A stretch of DNA of 64,000 nucleotides from a virus (IMGVR_UViG_3300031552_000002:11792-75791); one strand, 5' to 3'. Counted from the first letter of the stretch, positions 26,004 through 35,643 are shown. A program made the numbers and translations. Notes: generated by a model not told the origin, from the sequence alone.

Positions 26004-28043
26004 TCACCTTACGATCTTGACGACAGTCCTCCCGGGACCCGTGGTGCAGCCCGGAGACACGATCCTTACCTTGATGGCCTTCCATCCCTTGCCGGTGTTC
26101 AGGGTGAAGACGCGCACTGAGGTGATCATCTTGTGCTTGCCGTTCACCGACACCCAGTACCGGGCACCAGCAGAGGGCTGCCCCAACGTATAGATCTTGA
26201 CCTTCCCATAGCCAGCCTGCGCAACGACGAGCGCCGTCATCCGGGTCGTGACCCTCACCATGACCGGCGCAGTGGCCTGCCCACCGGAACCGGCAACGAA
26301 CGTGGTCGTCCGGGTCGCCGGGTAGGTCGCGGTCCAGGTCCCGCCGGTAGCAGTGACCGTCCAGGATCTCGGCGGGATACCGATGCCCTTCGCGGTGATG
26401 GTCACGGGCCCGTTCGGGGCGGTGCCGCTCAGGCTGATGGTCCGCCCGGCGAGCGCACCGGACGCGGTCAGTGACAGGGCAGTCGGCTCGGGGGTGGCCC
26501 CCACCGTGATCGACGGCGACATGGCCGTGACCGTGGCTGGCACTGTCAGGGACGTTCCGAGCCACTGCCCGGCCCCAGCCGGAGTGACACCAGGCAGGAC
26601 AGCGGAGTACGCGCCGGTCCCGGGACTGTCAGCAGCCGCGAACCTCCCGGACCACGTGCCGTCAGCGCCAGTACTGATGCTGGCGACGTCGAGGACGCCG
26701 ACGCCACCGGTGACGCCGGACAGCTCGACAGGGGTTCCCGGGACGGGGTTCCCGAACGCGTCGGCGACGCTCCCGGTGAGGACTCCGCTCTTCCCCTGCT
26801 CCAGGGTCGCCGCGGGGGCCGAGATCACATAAGGGTCAGTGGAGGCTGCCCCGGCTGGCGTGATCGTTGCCTGGGCGTCACCGGCCCGTACGGTGATCTT
26901 CGCCGGTCCGGTCTTCGTGAACACCACAGCGTTGAACCTGAGGTCAGAACCGACGTACTCAACGGTCTTGATCTCAGGGTGGTTGACTCCCTTGATCAGG
27001 GCGGTAGCGGCGTGGAGGCTATCCACGGCATTGTCACCGTCGAGGACCCACGTCCCCGGGGACGTGGTGACGTCCACGAGGGGGCACTCCAGGCGCACCG
27101 GCCCCGGCGCGCTCACCCGGGCCACGAGATCCACCGAATTCAGGTGATCGCGGTCCCCCAGGGGGTAGGTCTTCCCGCTCGGGCTGGCCTGGCCACCGAG
27201 GCGCATGACCTCGACGCTGTCCGGCTTCGCGGAGTGCAGCCACGCCACATCTGCGACCCCGGGGGAGCTGGTATTGGGGAAGGTCGGGGTGACCTTCACG
27301 GTTCCGCCGTTGTGGGGCGTGACGAGGGTGGCAGTCCCAAGGTCGAACGTGAACGCCTGCGACCCGTTGAACTTCACGGGCACCGCTGGGGACGGGGGCG
27401 TGACGGTGACGTTCCCGCCCTGGCCGGCAGCGTCGGCCCCACAGGGGCCGTTCTTAGCGGTGACATGGGTGTAGGCAGCAATGACGTCCCCGAGGACAGT
27501 CCCTCCTCGGAAGTCCCGCACGGTGGGCTGCGGCTCGAACTTGATGGTCCCGTCGAGGGTGACGGTTCCCATCGAGTCCTCGGGAGCGCGGAGCGTCACC
27601 GTCGGCACGAGGTCCGCGACCCGCATCGTCAGGAGCTGGGCAGCACGGTCGATCCCCTGATCGAATGCCGAATTCCCGTTCTCATCCGCGAAGACGCGGA
27701 CCTTGTACTCACCCGCCGCGTCCGCAGCGAACGACCAGTAGACGTGAGTCGAACAGGAAGGACTCAGGGCCCCGGCGCCGGTCGGCGTCGTGGCGTGACG
27801 GGCCTTCAGGGTTCCGGGGCCGGACACGCGCTGGACACAGATCTTGTTCCCGTCACTGCCACCGATCTTCGCGTGGGCTGCGAGACCCGGGACGGCAGCG
27901 GCCCGGGTCGACACGGTCACCGTGCTGCCGATGCCGTCCACGGTCAGGGCCGTGCCAGCGCGGGACGACGTCGCCACCGTTACAGCGACACCGCCCACAG
28001 TCAGGGCTACCGCCAGAGCGGCAGCCACGTTCCGATGCTTCAT
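26004..28043 (-). CDS. Secreted/surface protein with Ig-like (Big_1) domains
   Basis: Sec signal peptide MKHRNVAAALAVALTVGG; DAFGNPVPG motif; beta-rich. Confidence 0.7.
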   Translation of the reverse strand: MKHRNVAAALAVALTVGGVAVTVATSSRAGTALTVDGIGSTVTVSTRAAAVPGLAAHAKIGGSDGNKICVQRVSGPGTLKARHATTPTGAGALSPSCSTHVYWSFAADAAGEYKVRVFADENGNSAFDQGIDRAAQLLTMRVADLVPTVTLRAPEDSMGTVTLDGTIKFEPQPTVRDFRGGTVLGDVIAAYTHVTAKNGPCGADAAGQGGNVTVTPPSPAVPVKFNGSQAFTFDLGTATLVTPHNGGTVKVTPTFPNTSSPGVADVAWLHSAKPDSVEVMRLGGQASPSGKTYPLGDRDHLNSVDLVARVSAPGPVRLECPLVDVTTSPGTWVLDGDNAVDSLHAATALIKGVNHPEIKTVEYVGSDLRFNAVVFTKTGPAKITVRAGDAQATITPAGAASTDPYVISAPAATLEQGKSGVLTGSVADAFGNPVPGTPVELSGVTGGVGVLDVASISTGADGTWSGRFAAADSPGTGAYSAVLPGVTPAGAGQWLGTSLTVPATVTAMSPSITVGATPEPTALSLTASGALAGRTISLSGTAPNGPVTITAKGIGIPPRSWTVTATGGTWTATYPATRTTTFVAGSGGQATAPVMVRVTTRMTALVVAQAGYGKVKIYTLGQPSAGARYWVSVNGKHKMITSVRVFTLNTGKGWKAIKVRIVSPGCTTGPGRTVVKIVR

Positions 28044-28530
28044 CTGTCACTCCGATGCTTGTCTTGTACAAGACTTGCCCCCCGCACCACGCGCACGGTG
28101 CGGGGGGCTCGACCATCTTGCCACTTGCTGTGCCTGTCCTCAGTCAATGACCCTTCTTGGGCGACGCCGAGGAGCCACCGCCCTGGCCGTACCGGCAGCA
28201 CACACTGACCGATTGACGACTTCAGCAAGCCGCCCGCACTGCCAGCACCAGGCGAGGCCGGTCGCTGGGGGCGGCTCTACCCCGGTGGCGACAGGGTGCA
28301 CAGCAGCCTGGTGCCCGCAGCCCAGATCCCGGACCCAGACCTCTTTCGTCTTACCGGTTAGTTCTGCGCTGATCTCAGCCGTTCCGAAAGAGATGCTCGT
28401 CACCGGTACACCCCCACCGCGGCCGCGATCTTCAGGAGATCCGTGGTGGCCTCGTCGTCGAGGCCGGGGCACGGCGGGGCCACGTCCGGAAGAGAAGTAG
28501 TGCGCCTGGCCAACCGTCGGAAGATTCCCC

Positions 28531-29409
28531 TCACTGTGCAACTCCGCTCTGCTCGGCGGCCCACGGGTCCATCCCCGGGGGGTCCTCGGCCTGGTACTGG
28601 TCGGCCCCCGCCGGGACGTCAACGGTCTCCCCGGTTACCGTTTCCGGTCCCACGTACTGCGAGACGACCGAGATTTCTTGGTCGTCTCGCAGATCGACGC
28701 GGACCGTGTCGTCTGCTGCCATTGCGTTCATGAGTTCGGTCGATCGCGGCGCGTATTTCAGTGCCCGCTTCAGGACCGTTTTCTGAGCCATGGCCCAGAA
28801 ATGGTCTCTCCAGGGGCCGAGGATTACGCCGTTTTTCTTGGCCATCGCGAACTCGTCGCGGTGGCGTTCAAGGTCTGTCCTAGACATGTAATCCCAGTAC
28901 ACGCCGCCGTTCGCCTTCACCACGGCGTAGGCCCCGATCTCCGCACCCCGGTCGCCCTTCAGGTAGGGGCGGTGAGTGAGACGGTCTGACGTCCCGTACT
29001 CGATGTCGAACTCGTCGCGCTCGTACACGACCCTCGATGAAATCGACTCGATCAGCCCTGACCTCTGGGCCAGGGTCACGAGCCCCTGGTACCCGATGAT
29101 GAGCTGCGCCTGCAACTCGCCCCGGATCCGGAGCGGCAGGAGCCATCCGTGCCCCAGGACCCCGGGCCTGAGCCCGAGCTGGGCCATCGTCATGAGCCCA
29201 CCGAGGACGCTCACGCGGGTGCATTCAGCGAGCCTCGGATTGTTACTGATCACGGTTAGGGCATCCCTGACCAGCTGTCGGGCCTCAGCCCCCCTCGGCA
29301 TAGCCTTTTGAAATTCACCCTCAAGATCCGTGACTTTCCGACGCATCACCTTTTCGGTGTCCGACGCCTTGACGGCCTGCTGGCCGGTCATTCTTTCTTT
29401 CAGCGACAT
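28531..29409 (-). CDS. recT: RecT-family ssDNA annealing protein
   Basis: QLGLRPG, QLIIGYQGL, VYERDEF, MAQKTVLKR. Confidence 0.9.
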   Translation of the reverse strand: MSLKERMTGQQAVKASDTEKVMRRKVTDLEGEFQKAMPRGAEARQLVRDALTVISNNPRLAECTRVSVLGGLMTMAQLGLRPGVLGHGWLLPLRIRGELQAQLIIGYQGLVTLAQRSGLIESISSRVVYERDEFDIEYGTSDRLTHRPYLKGDRGAEIGAYAVVKANGGVYWDYMSRTDLERHRDEFAMAKKNGVILGPWRDHFWAMAQKTVLKRALKYAPRSTELMNAMAADDTVRVDLRDDQEISVVSQYVGPETVTGETVDVPAGADQYQAEDPPGMDPWAAEQSGVAQ

Positions 29410-29436
29410 GGTGTGGTGTCCTCTCGGTTATTGCTG

Positions 29437-30384
29437 TTACCAGTTGACTTTCAGCGTTGAGGACAAGGTTTCCTCAACGGTGTACCCGCGCCGGACCGTC
29501 CGTTTCATGGCCCAGGCGGGCGTTTCCCTGCCCTTCACCCAGGCCGTGTCAGCAGGGCCGAGGAGATCGAGCATCTCTGCGCGGACCGCTGTCCGGCGCG
29601 CCTCTGCTGCTTTCACTGCGGCGCGGGCCCTTGCGACGTCTGCTGAGGCGTCGGCCCACGCCTGGGTGAGGCGCACGGCGTCCCCCTCAGGCACAGTTAC
29701 TCCACCAGACCGGTCCGGAAACAGGTTCTCCAGGACCTTGACCGCGGTCTCGTCGTAGTCCACTGGGGGCATGGTCCTGGCGGTCACGTGCCCCCAGAAC
29801 TCGACGGCGTGCTTCACGAGGAGTTCCTCGACCTCCCGGTCACGCTCAACGGTGACCTGGATGAGCCGCTGCCCACCCAGTAGGACGGCGACGTGCACGT
29901 GCGGAAGGCCAGTGACGTGCAGCTGCCACGCCACCTGTGCCTCGACGTCCTCGGGGAGCCGATCCGTGTCCGGGTCCCACTGGCCAGTGAGGAACGCTGA
30001 CTTAGTTTTCACCTCTAAGGCACAGGGGCCGCCGTGGGCGTGGGGGCATCCGGTGACGACCCGGTCGAGGGACGCGCGGCGCCAGGGGTGGTCACGGTGC
30101 GCGAGGACCCCTACCTGGTGGATGGTCACGCCCTCCCGGCGTGACCATTCGTCGGCGACGACGGGCTCAAGGAGGGTGCCCCAGTGGGCAGGCTCCCCGA
30201 CGGGGGAGTTGTCCGTGCGGGTGGTCTTGGCCTCCCACACGGATCGCGGGTTTCCCCATTTCGACATTCCGATGATTTTCGGGATGTCCGTGGCGGTGAG
30301 TCCGTCGTAGCGGGCTGCCAGCCACGCCTCGGTGCCTGGTGCTGCCCCGGTGACGAGGACCGCGCGGGGTCCTTGGGTGTTCAT
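29437..30384 (-). CDS. YqaJ/RecE-like exonuclease
   Basis: WL.AR..GL.ATD, WGTLLEP, ASLDR, LEVKT, QVAWQL. Confidence 0.9.
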   Translation of the reverse strand: MNTQGPRAVLVTGAAPGTEAWLAARYDGLTATDIPKIIGMSKWGNPRSVWEAKTTRTDNSPVGEPAHWGTLLEPVVADEWSRREGVTIHQVGVLAHRDHPWRRASLDRVVTGCPHAHGGPCALEVKTKSAFLTGQWDPDTDRLPEDVEAQVAWQLHVTGLPHVHVAVLLGGQRLIQVTVERDREVEELLVKHAVEFWGHVTARTMPPVDYDETAVKVLENLFPDRSGGVTVPEGDAVRLTQAWADASADVARARAAVKAAEARRTAVRAEMLDLLGPADTAWVKGRETPAWAMKRTVRRGYTVEETLSSTLKVNW

Positions 30385-30557
30385 CTCCGCACCAGGTCAC
30401 GGAGGACACTGTTAGGGACGGCGATCGTGAAGTCGTCGTTCCCGGCCGTCCCCTGGGGGCGGAGGATCAGCCGTATACCGGTGGGGTGCCGCAGGGCCCC
30501 CACGACCGTGGGGCGGACGGTGCGGACGGGGTTGATGGTTCGTGGTGTGGTGTGCAT
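30381..30557 (-). CDS. Hypothetical protein (58 aa, not in ORF track)
   Basis: MHTTPRTINP...; RBS GAGGA; ATGA coupled to the exonuclease gene. Confidence 0.5.
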   Translation of the reverse strand: MHTTPRTINPVRTVRPTVVGALRHPTGIRLILRPQGTAGNDDFTIAVPNSVLRDLVRR

Positions 30558-30575
30558 CGGTGTCCTCGGTCTTTT

Positions 30576-30755
30576 CTAGAGGTGTGTCGGGTCTCCAGGT
30601 TCGGGCTCCCTGGAGTTGAGAGCCTCGGTCAAGAGGATGTTGACCATCGAGTTTGTGCTGATGTTGAACTCTGCGGCCTGTGCTGTGATCCTCCGGTGGA
30701 GGTCTTCAGGCAGTCTCGCGTGGACTTGCCGGATGGTGGTTTTCTTCGGCGGCAT
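30576..30755 (-). CDS. Arc/ribbon-helix-helix regulator (59 aa, not in ORF track)
   Basis: Manual translation MPPKKTTIRQVHARLPEDLHRRITAQAAEFNISTNSMVNILLTEAL. Confidence 0.75.
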   Translation of the reverse strand: MPPKKTTIRQVHARLPEDLHRRITAQAAEFNISTNSMVNILLTEALNSREPEPGDPTHL

Positions 30756-30971
30756 AACGTCACACTACCATAGTGGTACCACTGTTGTGGTGGGGAGACA
30801 CGCCGCCGCCACCACCCGGACGCCATCCCGGCAGCAGCCCGGATTGACCAACACTGGGACCATCAGGGAGGATCGACCTGTCACAGGTGTCCTCTCAAGG
30901 TGACGCGCCGCTACGGTGGCGAGCTGGTCCCGGTCGTGGTGTCCGGGACCAGCAAACACCGAGAGGAAACC

Positions 30972-31493
30972 ATGAACGAGGACGCAGCCCGTACAGCGAT
31001 AACGGTCCTGTCGCGGGCCCTCAACCAGGACCTAGTCGTCACCGTAGGTGACCGCTGGAATGAGGACCTCGAAGCCCTGAAGATTCTTCTCAGCGACGGC
31101 CTCGCCGAGCTAACCGTCCTTCCCGCCCGTGGCCTCACGGCCTGCCCGACGGCGGCGGGGATCGGCCTTCTTGAGGTCGCCGGCAGGATTCAGCGCGAGG
31201 AAACAGCTGAGGCCCGGATCCGGACGGACTCGCGTATCGCCTCTGCCTACGCGGAGGCGGCTTCGGCGTTACTTGCCAGGACCCCAGTCACACGGCATAG
31301 CGCTGTGGACGCCGAGGAGCTCGCTTCGCCGCCCGGGTTCAAGGAACAGGGCGGGCCGCCAGATCGGCGCCACGGTCCACCACCAGATCGCGGCGTCCTG
31401 CGGGGTGTCGTGATGTGGGCTGTAGCCGGGCCGGAGGGTGAGGCCATCGCCCAGGCGGCGAGCCAGTTGCCCGAAACAGACACCTGTGATTAA
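30972..31493 (+). CDS. Hypothetical protein containing a 108-bp in-frame duplicated segment
   Basis: RBS GAGG; segment shared with 56654..56761. Confidence 0.55.
   Translation: MNEDAARTAITVLSRALNQDLVVTVGDRWNEDLEALKILLSDGLAELTVLPARGLTACPTAAGIGLLEVAGRIQREETAEARIRTDSRIASAYAEAASALLARTPVTRHSAVDAEELASPPGFKEQGGPPDRRHGPPPDRGVLRGVVMWAVAGPEGEAIAQAASQLPETDTCD
31326..31433 (+). repeat. 108-bp dispersed repeat, inverted copy of 56654..56761
   Basis: Manual alignment, 5 mismatches. Confidence 0.9.
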
Positions 31494-31542
31494 CCACTGA
31501 ATCAATATATCAATACCCGCAGTAAACGCGTACAATAATACT

Positions 31543-31869
31543 ATGAGCGAAGAAAGACTCCGCTGGATCTCCCACATCATGGGAGACGACTGCCTCACAA
31601 ACGCCACGCGCCTAATCGCCGTGGCCTACGCCATCACCCCATCAGAAGGAAGGACAGTCCAGCTCACAGCAAAAGAGGTAATGGCACTGTCAGGGATCAG
31701 ATCAACCATGACAGTATCGAGATCACGGAAACAACTAATAGCACGCGGATGGCTCACCACCGAAACACGCAGAGGATGGGGAAAAGCAGCAACTTATACC
31801 CTCACCATCCCGGCAGGCCGGCAACCGGCCACCACCAGCATCGATACCACGGACGGGGCGTCCCGATGA
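31543..31869 (+). CDS. Winged-HTH protein, A-rich, probably leaderless
   Basis: TVSRSRKQLIARGWL; TACAAT 6 nt before ATG. Confidence 0.65.
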   Translation: MSEERLRWISHIMGDDCLTNATRLIAVAYAITPSEGRTVQLTAKEVMALSGIRSTMTVSRSRKQLIARGWLTTETRRGWGKAATYTLTIPAGRQPATTSIDTTDGASR

Positions 31870-32621
31870 AAGACCTTGAGCAGGGTGACCGCTGGTGGTC
31901 GCAGCTGTCGGCTCTCGACACGGAGACGACAGGGGCCAACACGGCTGAGGACCGTATCGTCACCGCCGCCATCACGAGCGCTGGCACCGGGCCGTGCCGC
32001 GAGTGGCTCATCTATCCGGAAGTCGAGATCCCGGAGAGCGCTACAGCCGTTCACGGGGTTTCCACGGAGCACGCGCAGAAACACGGCTGGGACGCGCGTC
32101 TGGTCCTTACCGAGATCTCCAGCATGCTCCAAGAGATCACGGAAAGGGGCGTGCCCCTCGTGGTCTTTAATGCGAAATTCGATCTCCCAATACTCACGGC
32201 GGAGTTTCACCGCCACGGCGTCAATAACGGCGCCTGGCCCGAGATCATTGACCCCCTGGTCATCGACAAGCACGTTGACCAATACCGGGGGGGAAGCCGT
32301 AAGCTCGACGCTGTCTGCGAGCACTGGGGGGTGGAGCTAGTGAACGCGCATTCCTCAACCGGTGACGCAGAGGCCGCGCTGCTCCTCGCCCAGGCAATGT
32401 TTGACCGTGGAGTCCTCAACAACAGCCTCGTCTATGAGAAGAAAGGCGAAGACGGGGAACTGTGTCTGTTCCAGGTGGATGGATCGTCCAGCAGTCTCCA
32501 GGCTGCGCAAGCGGCCTGGGCAGACCAGCAATCGGACTCTCTCCGGAAGTTCTGGAGAAAGAAAGGCAACCCGCTGTGGAAGACCGTCACCAACGGGTGG
32601 CCCTTTCCCAAGGGGCAATAG
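31866..32621 (+). CDS. DnaQ-like DEDDh 3'-5' exonuclease
   Basis: LDTETTG, VHGV, FNAKFD, AHSSTGDA. Confidence 0.9.
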   Translation: MKDLEQGDRWWSQLSALDTETTGANTAEDRIVTAAITSAGTGPCREWLIYPEVEIPESATAVHGVSTEHAQKHGWDARLVLTEISSMLQEITERGVPLVVFNAKFDLPILTAEFHRHGVNNGAWPEIIDPLVIDKHVDQYRGGSRKLDAVCEHWGVELVNAHSSTGDAEAALLLAQAMFDRGVLNNSLVYEKKGEDGELCLFQVDGSSSSLQAAQAAWADQQSDSLRKFWRKKGNPLWKTVTNGWPFPKGQ

Positions 32622-32633
32622 CTGCGATTGTGA

Positions 32634-33533
32634 TCACGCTGCTACCGTTGCCGCGCATTGGCCTCGGAGAAGGTCTCGGATCCTCGCAGCCCCAGCGCTG
32701 GGAGCAGGGGCCTGCTCCGGTATCACCTGCTGCGCTACGGGAATAGTGCCCGCGTACCGGGGGTGGCAGTGGCAGCGTCTCATGCGGCCGTATCCGTCCT
32801 CGACGAAACCGTGGTCACAGGACCCGCACCACTCCCGGCGGGGAACAGGAAGACGGCACGGGGTGACCTCGCCGAGCCGGTGGAGGAGGACAGCCCGGGG
32901 GCTCCGGGCCCCGTCGAGGGCCCCGCTAAGGGTCTCCTCGGCGGCCCGAAAACCACGCAGGGCGTTCCCGGCGCCGAGGCCACGAAGGATCGGCAGGAGC
33001 TCGTCCTCCTGGACTGGCAGGGACATCCTGGCGAGTCGGCGTCGGACGTCCAGCTCGTCAGGGTCTTCCTCCTGGCGTTCAGTGGGCGCGGGCCCGGCGT
33101 GAGGCCAGACGACAGCGGGAGGCCCCGGGCGCAGAACCTCGACCGGGCGCCGGACTGCTGTGGGTTCCTCTACGAGCGCGGGGTTCTCGTGGGGCTCCTG
33201 GGATGCGTCCTCGACGTGTTCGGCTGTCTCCGTGGCTCCTGCGGACGGCGCGTAGGTCGTCAGCGTGTACGTGCACCCGACGATCCCGCCGTTCCGGTGC
33301 CGCTGCACCGACGTGACCAGCCCCGAGGCCCTGAGGGCAACCAGGGCCGCCTTGACGGGGCGGAGCGTGAGGCCAGCGCGTTCGGCAATCGCGTGCTGTG
33401 AGGGCCAGCAGGTGCCGTTGCTGTCGGCGAAGGACTCAAGCGCCAGGTACACGCGAACCTCAGCGCCGGTCTTGGTGAGTTCGAGGGCCCGTGCCGCTCT
33501 GAGGCGCGGTCCCGGGCAGGTACACTGTTCCAT
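32634..33533 (-). CDS. HTH-type replication initiator Rep2
   Basis: VYLALESFAD..GTCWPSQHAIAERAGL...ALVALRASGLV; C-terminal WCGSC...RCHCHP. Confidence 0.7.
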   Translation of the reverse strand: MEQCTCPGPRLRAARALELTKTGAEVRVYLALESFADSNGTCWPSQHAIAERAGLTLRPVKAALVALRASGLVTSVQRHRNGGIVGCTYTLTTYAPSAGATETAEHVEDASQEPHENPALVEEPTAVRRPVEVLRPGPPAVVWPHAGPAPTERQEEDPDELDVRRRLARMSLPVQEDELLPILRGLGAGNALRGFRAAEETLSGALDGARSPRAVLLHRLGEVTPCRLPVPRREWCGSCDHGFVEDGYGRMRRCHCHPRYAGTIPVAQQVIPEQAPAPSAGAARIRDLLRGQCAATVAA

Positions 33534-33600
33534 GTCAGCTCCTATCAAGCTGGCCACGGCCCGGACCCCCTCCGCAGGGGTGCCGGGCCTTCTTCTGTCG
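33521..33600 (+). ncRNA. Putative antisense RNA over the Rep2 RBS
   Basis: -10 TACACT, 5 nt, ATGTCAGCTCC, hairpins homologous to 6980..7055. Confidence 0.55.
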
Positions 33601-33689
33601 TTGTGGTCCTGAAGCTATCACCTGCCGCCGCTGTTCCCGTGGAGCACCTCGCCGAGGCCGAGGCTGGGGGGTAGGGGGGTTCTTTCCTT

Positions 33690-33784
33690 GAAAACCTTCT
33701 TTGGAAACCTTCTGTAGGCTCCACAGAGCACTAGGTAGTGCTCCGTGGAGCACTAGGTGGTGCTGGTGGGAGCACCAGGTAGGA
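33690..33784. repeat. Iteron-like 22-bp-period repeats (candidate origin 2)
   Basis: GAGCACTAGGT at 33726 and 33748, variant at 33770; adjacent GAAACCTTCT-like repeats. Confidence 0.6.
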
Positions 33785-34415
33785 CGAGGCCGTCCAAGAC
33801 CTCTGACGGGTAGGTGGATGACACCGTGCTGGTGCCGTCCCCCCGGGTCACCTGGTAAGAGCCGTGCACAGTCGATGACACCGACCCTGCTGCTTCCATC
33901 GCGGCCCTGACCATCAGTTCCGGTGACAGCTCTAGCCTGCTGGCCACGGCTAGGGCACCGGAGGCGATGGCCTCAGCGCTGCCGATCGCCACGTAGCCGC
34001 AGAACGGGACGAGTACCCCGTAGTTGCTCTCGATCAGCGCGCACGAGTCATCGTGCGCGATGACGAGTTGCTCATCGCAGGACGGGAACCCCGGGCCCTG
34101 ATGGGTGAGCCCAGCCTCAGCGAATGTTCGCCGGAGGAACGGGACAACGGCTCGCACGACCCAGGTGCAGAATCTCTCGTGGGGGAACCGTTCGGGGAGC
34201 TTACTTCCCGTCCGGACGCTGGACAGGATGAGCTGCGGGGTGAGCGCGATCCCGGCTGTACCCAGGTAGGCGTGAAGGTACGACCCGGTAACGGGAACGG
34301 CAACGATCTTCGGGTTGTCGTACTCGTCGCTGAGTACTGGGTCTGAATACCGGTAGTCCGCTGCGATCGCGGCACTACCACGGCCAGGCCCGGCGGCAGC
34401 GATGACCAGAGTCAT
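33753..34415 (-). CDS. Ntn-hydrolase (HslV/proteasome-beta-like) peptidase
   Basis: M-T-LVIAA...AAD, PKI, AIGS. Confidence 0.7.
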   Translation of the reverse strand: MTLVIAAAGPGRGSAAIAADYRYSDPVLSDEYDNPKIVAVPVTGSYLHAYLGTAGIALTPQLILSSVRTGSKLPERFPHERFCTWVVRAVVPFLRRTFAEAGLTHQGPGFPSCDEQLVIAHDDSCALIESNYGVLVPFCGYVAIGSAEAIASGALAVASRLELSPELMVRAAMEAAGSVSSTVHGSYQVTRGDGTSTVSSTYPSEVLDGLVLPGAPTSTT

Positions 34416-34461
34416 CCTGGGTGGTCCTCCAGATCGGTGTGAGCGTGGAGCCGTAGCACTG

Positions 34462-34713
34462 TCAGCCAGGCTGCGGGCCCTGAGAACGCATGATCTGTGC
34501 TACGGCGTGACCGGCGACAGCTCCGCCGGACGCCGACCATGCGTTCTTGATCCGCTCTGGCAGTTTTTCCCAGGTCGGGAGCGGTTCGCCACTGACAAGA
34601 CTCACGCCGTCGGACGACTTCAAGTACATCTCGTAGTTGAGACGTCCATAATCACGATCGGAGAACTGGGTCACGGGGGAAAGATCTTGTCCCATGGGCT
34701 CGTCATCTTCCAT
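34462..34713 (-). CDS. Hypothetical protein
   Basis: GEPLPTWEKLPERIKNAW motif typical of small phage proteins. Confidence 0.55.
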   Translation of the reverse strand: MEDDEPMGQDLSPVTQFSDRDYGRLNYEMYLKSSDGVSLVSGEPLPTWEKLPERIKNAWSASGGAVAGHAVAQIMRSQGPQPG

Positions 34714-34750
34714 GGGCTCATCATCGCAGGACCCCGGCCCTGGACCGAGC

Positions 34751-34791
34751 GGAAGGCGCGCCCTTGTTGCTATCGGCAGGGCGCGCCTTCC
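34751..34791 (-). terminator. Late operon terminator
   Basis: ggaaggcgcgccct...agggcgcgccttcc. Confidence 0.65.
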
Positions 34792-34841
34792 ATCTCATCC
34801 ACGCGGGGCAATCCCTCGTCCCGTGACCGGGATCCTACCTG

Positions 34842-35249
34842 CTAGCTGACGCCATACCCAGCAGGCTTAGGCGGGTCAGCCCAGAACCCCGCCAGCGAGA
34901 CCAGGCCACCAGCCAGCGACGCCAGGAGAAGGGCACGCCACCCGTCCGGCCCGAGGTCCACCATCCCGGCCAGCGATACCGGCATCAGGCCCAGGGCAAC
35001 GCCGGCAGCTGTCGCCACGAATCGCGCAGCAGGTCCAGCCGGTCCCAGCCCTGCTAGTGCTCGCAGGACCCCGTGAATCCCGGTCACGATGACGGCGCCC
35101 GTCAGGGCGAGGGCCGTCGTCGAGACGCTAATACGGCCTTCAGCCGCTTCCACGGTCGCGAGGATCGGGACCACCGTTTGAAGGATCTGCCTGGCTACAG
35201 AGGACACCATGGTCCTCCACCAGTCAGGGGCGAGCAGTAGATCTGTCAT
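34842..35249 (-). CDS. Holin
   Basis: Multiple TM segments, lysis cassette position. Confidence 0.7.
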   Translation of the reverse strand: MTDLLLAPDWWRTMVSSVARQILQTVVPILATVEAAEGRISVSTTALALTGAVIVTGIHGVLRALAGLGPAGPAARFVATAAGVALGLMPVSLAGMVDLGPDGWRALLLASLAGGLVSLAGFWADPPKPAGYGVS

Positions 35250-35643
35250 CTTGCGTTCTCCTCGTCGTGTTGAGCCGGTCGAGGACCGGGACTTCGTCCA
35301 CGGTCCCCCCGATTTCCGTGAGTCTTCGCGCGTGGACGATGGACCAGTCCCTCATCGACCTTGCCCAGACCCCTATTTCCCCGAGGGCAGCGTGGGCGTC
35401 GGCGAGATCTTGGGTAAGGGCCTCGACGCGGCTGCTGGCGTCGGTGAGGGCAGCGCGGACGCGGTCGAGTTCGTTTCGGAGATCCCCGATGATCGCACTG
35501 TAGGTTTCGGTGCGGATCCGGTCGGCTTCAGCGTCGGCTTTCTCTGCCTCTGATTTCCGGCCGCGTTTCTCGGACCAGAGCATGACGAGGGTAGTAAGAC
35601 CGCTGGTCGTGATGACTGGACCGGCGGCCTCGGGCCAGGGCAT
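35224..35643 (-). CDS. Lysis-associated membrane-anchored coiled-coil protein
   Basis: N-terminal TM plus coiled coil. Confidence 0.6.
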   Translation of the reverse strand: MPWPEAAGPVITTSGLTTLVMLWSEKRGRKSEAEKADAEADRIRTETYSAIIGDLRNELDRVRAALTDASSRVEALTQDLADAHAALGEIGVWARSMRDWSIVHARRLTEIGGTVDEVPVLDRLNTTRRTQDDRSTARP

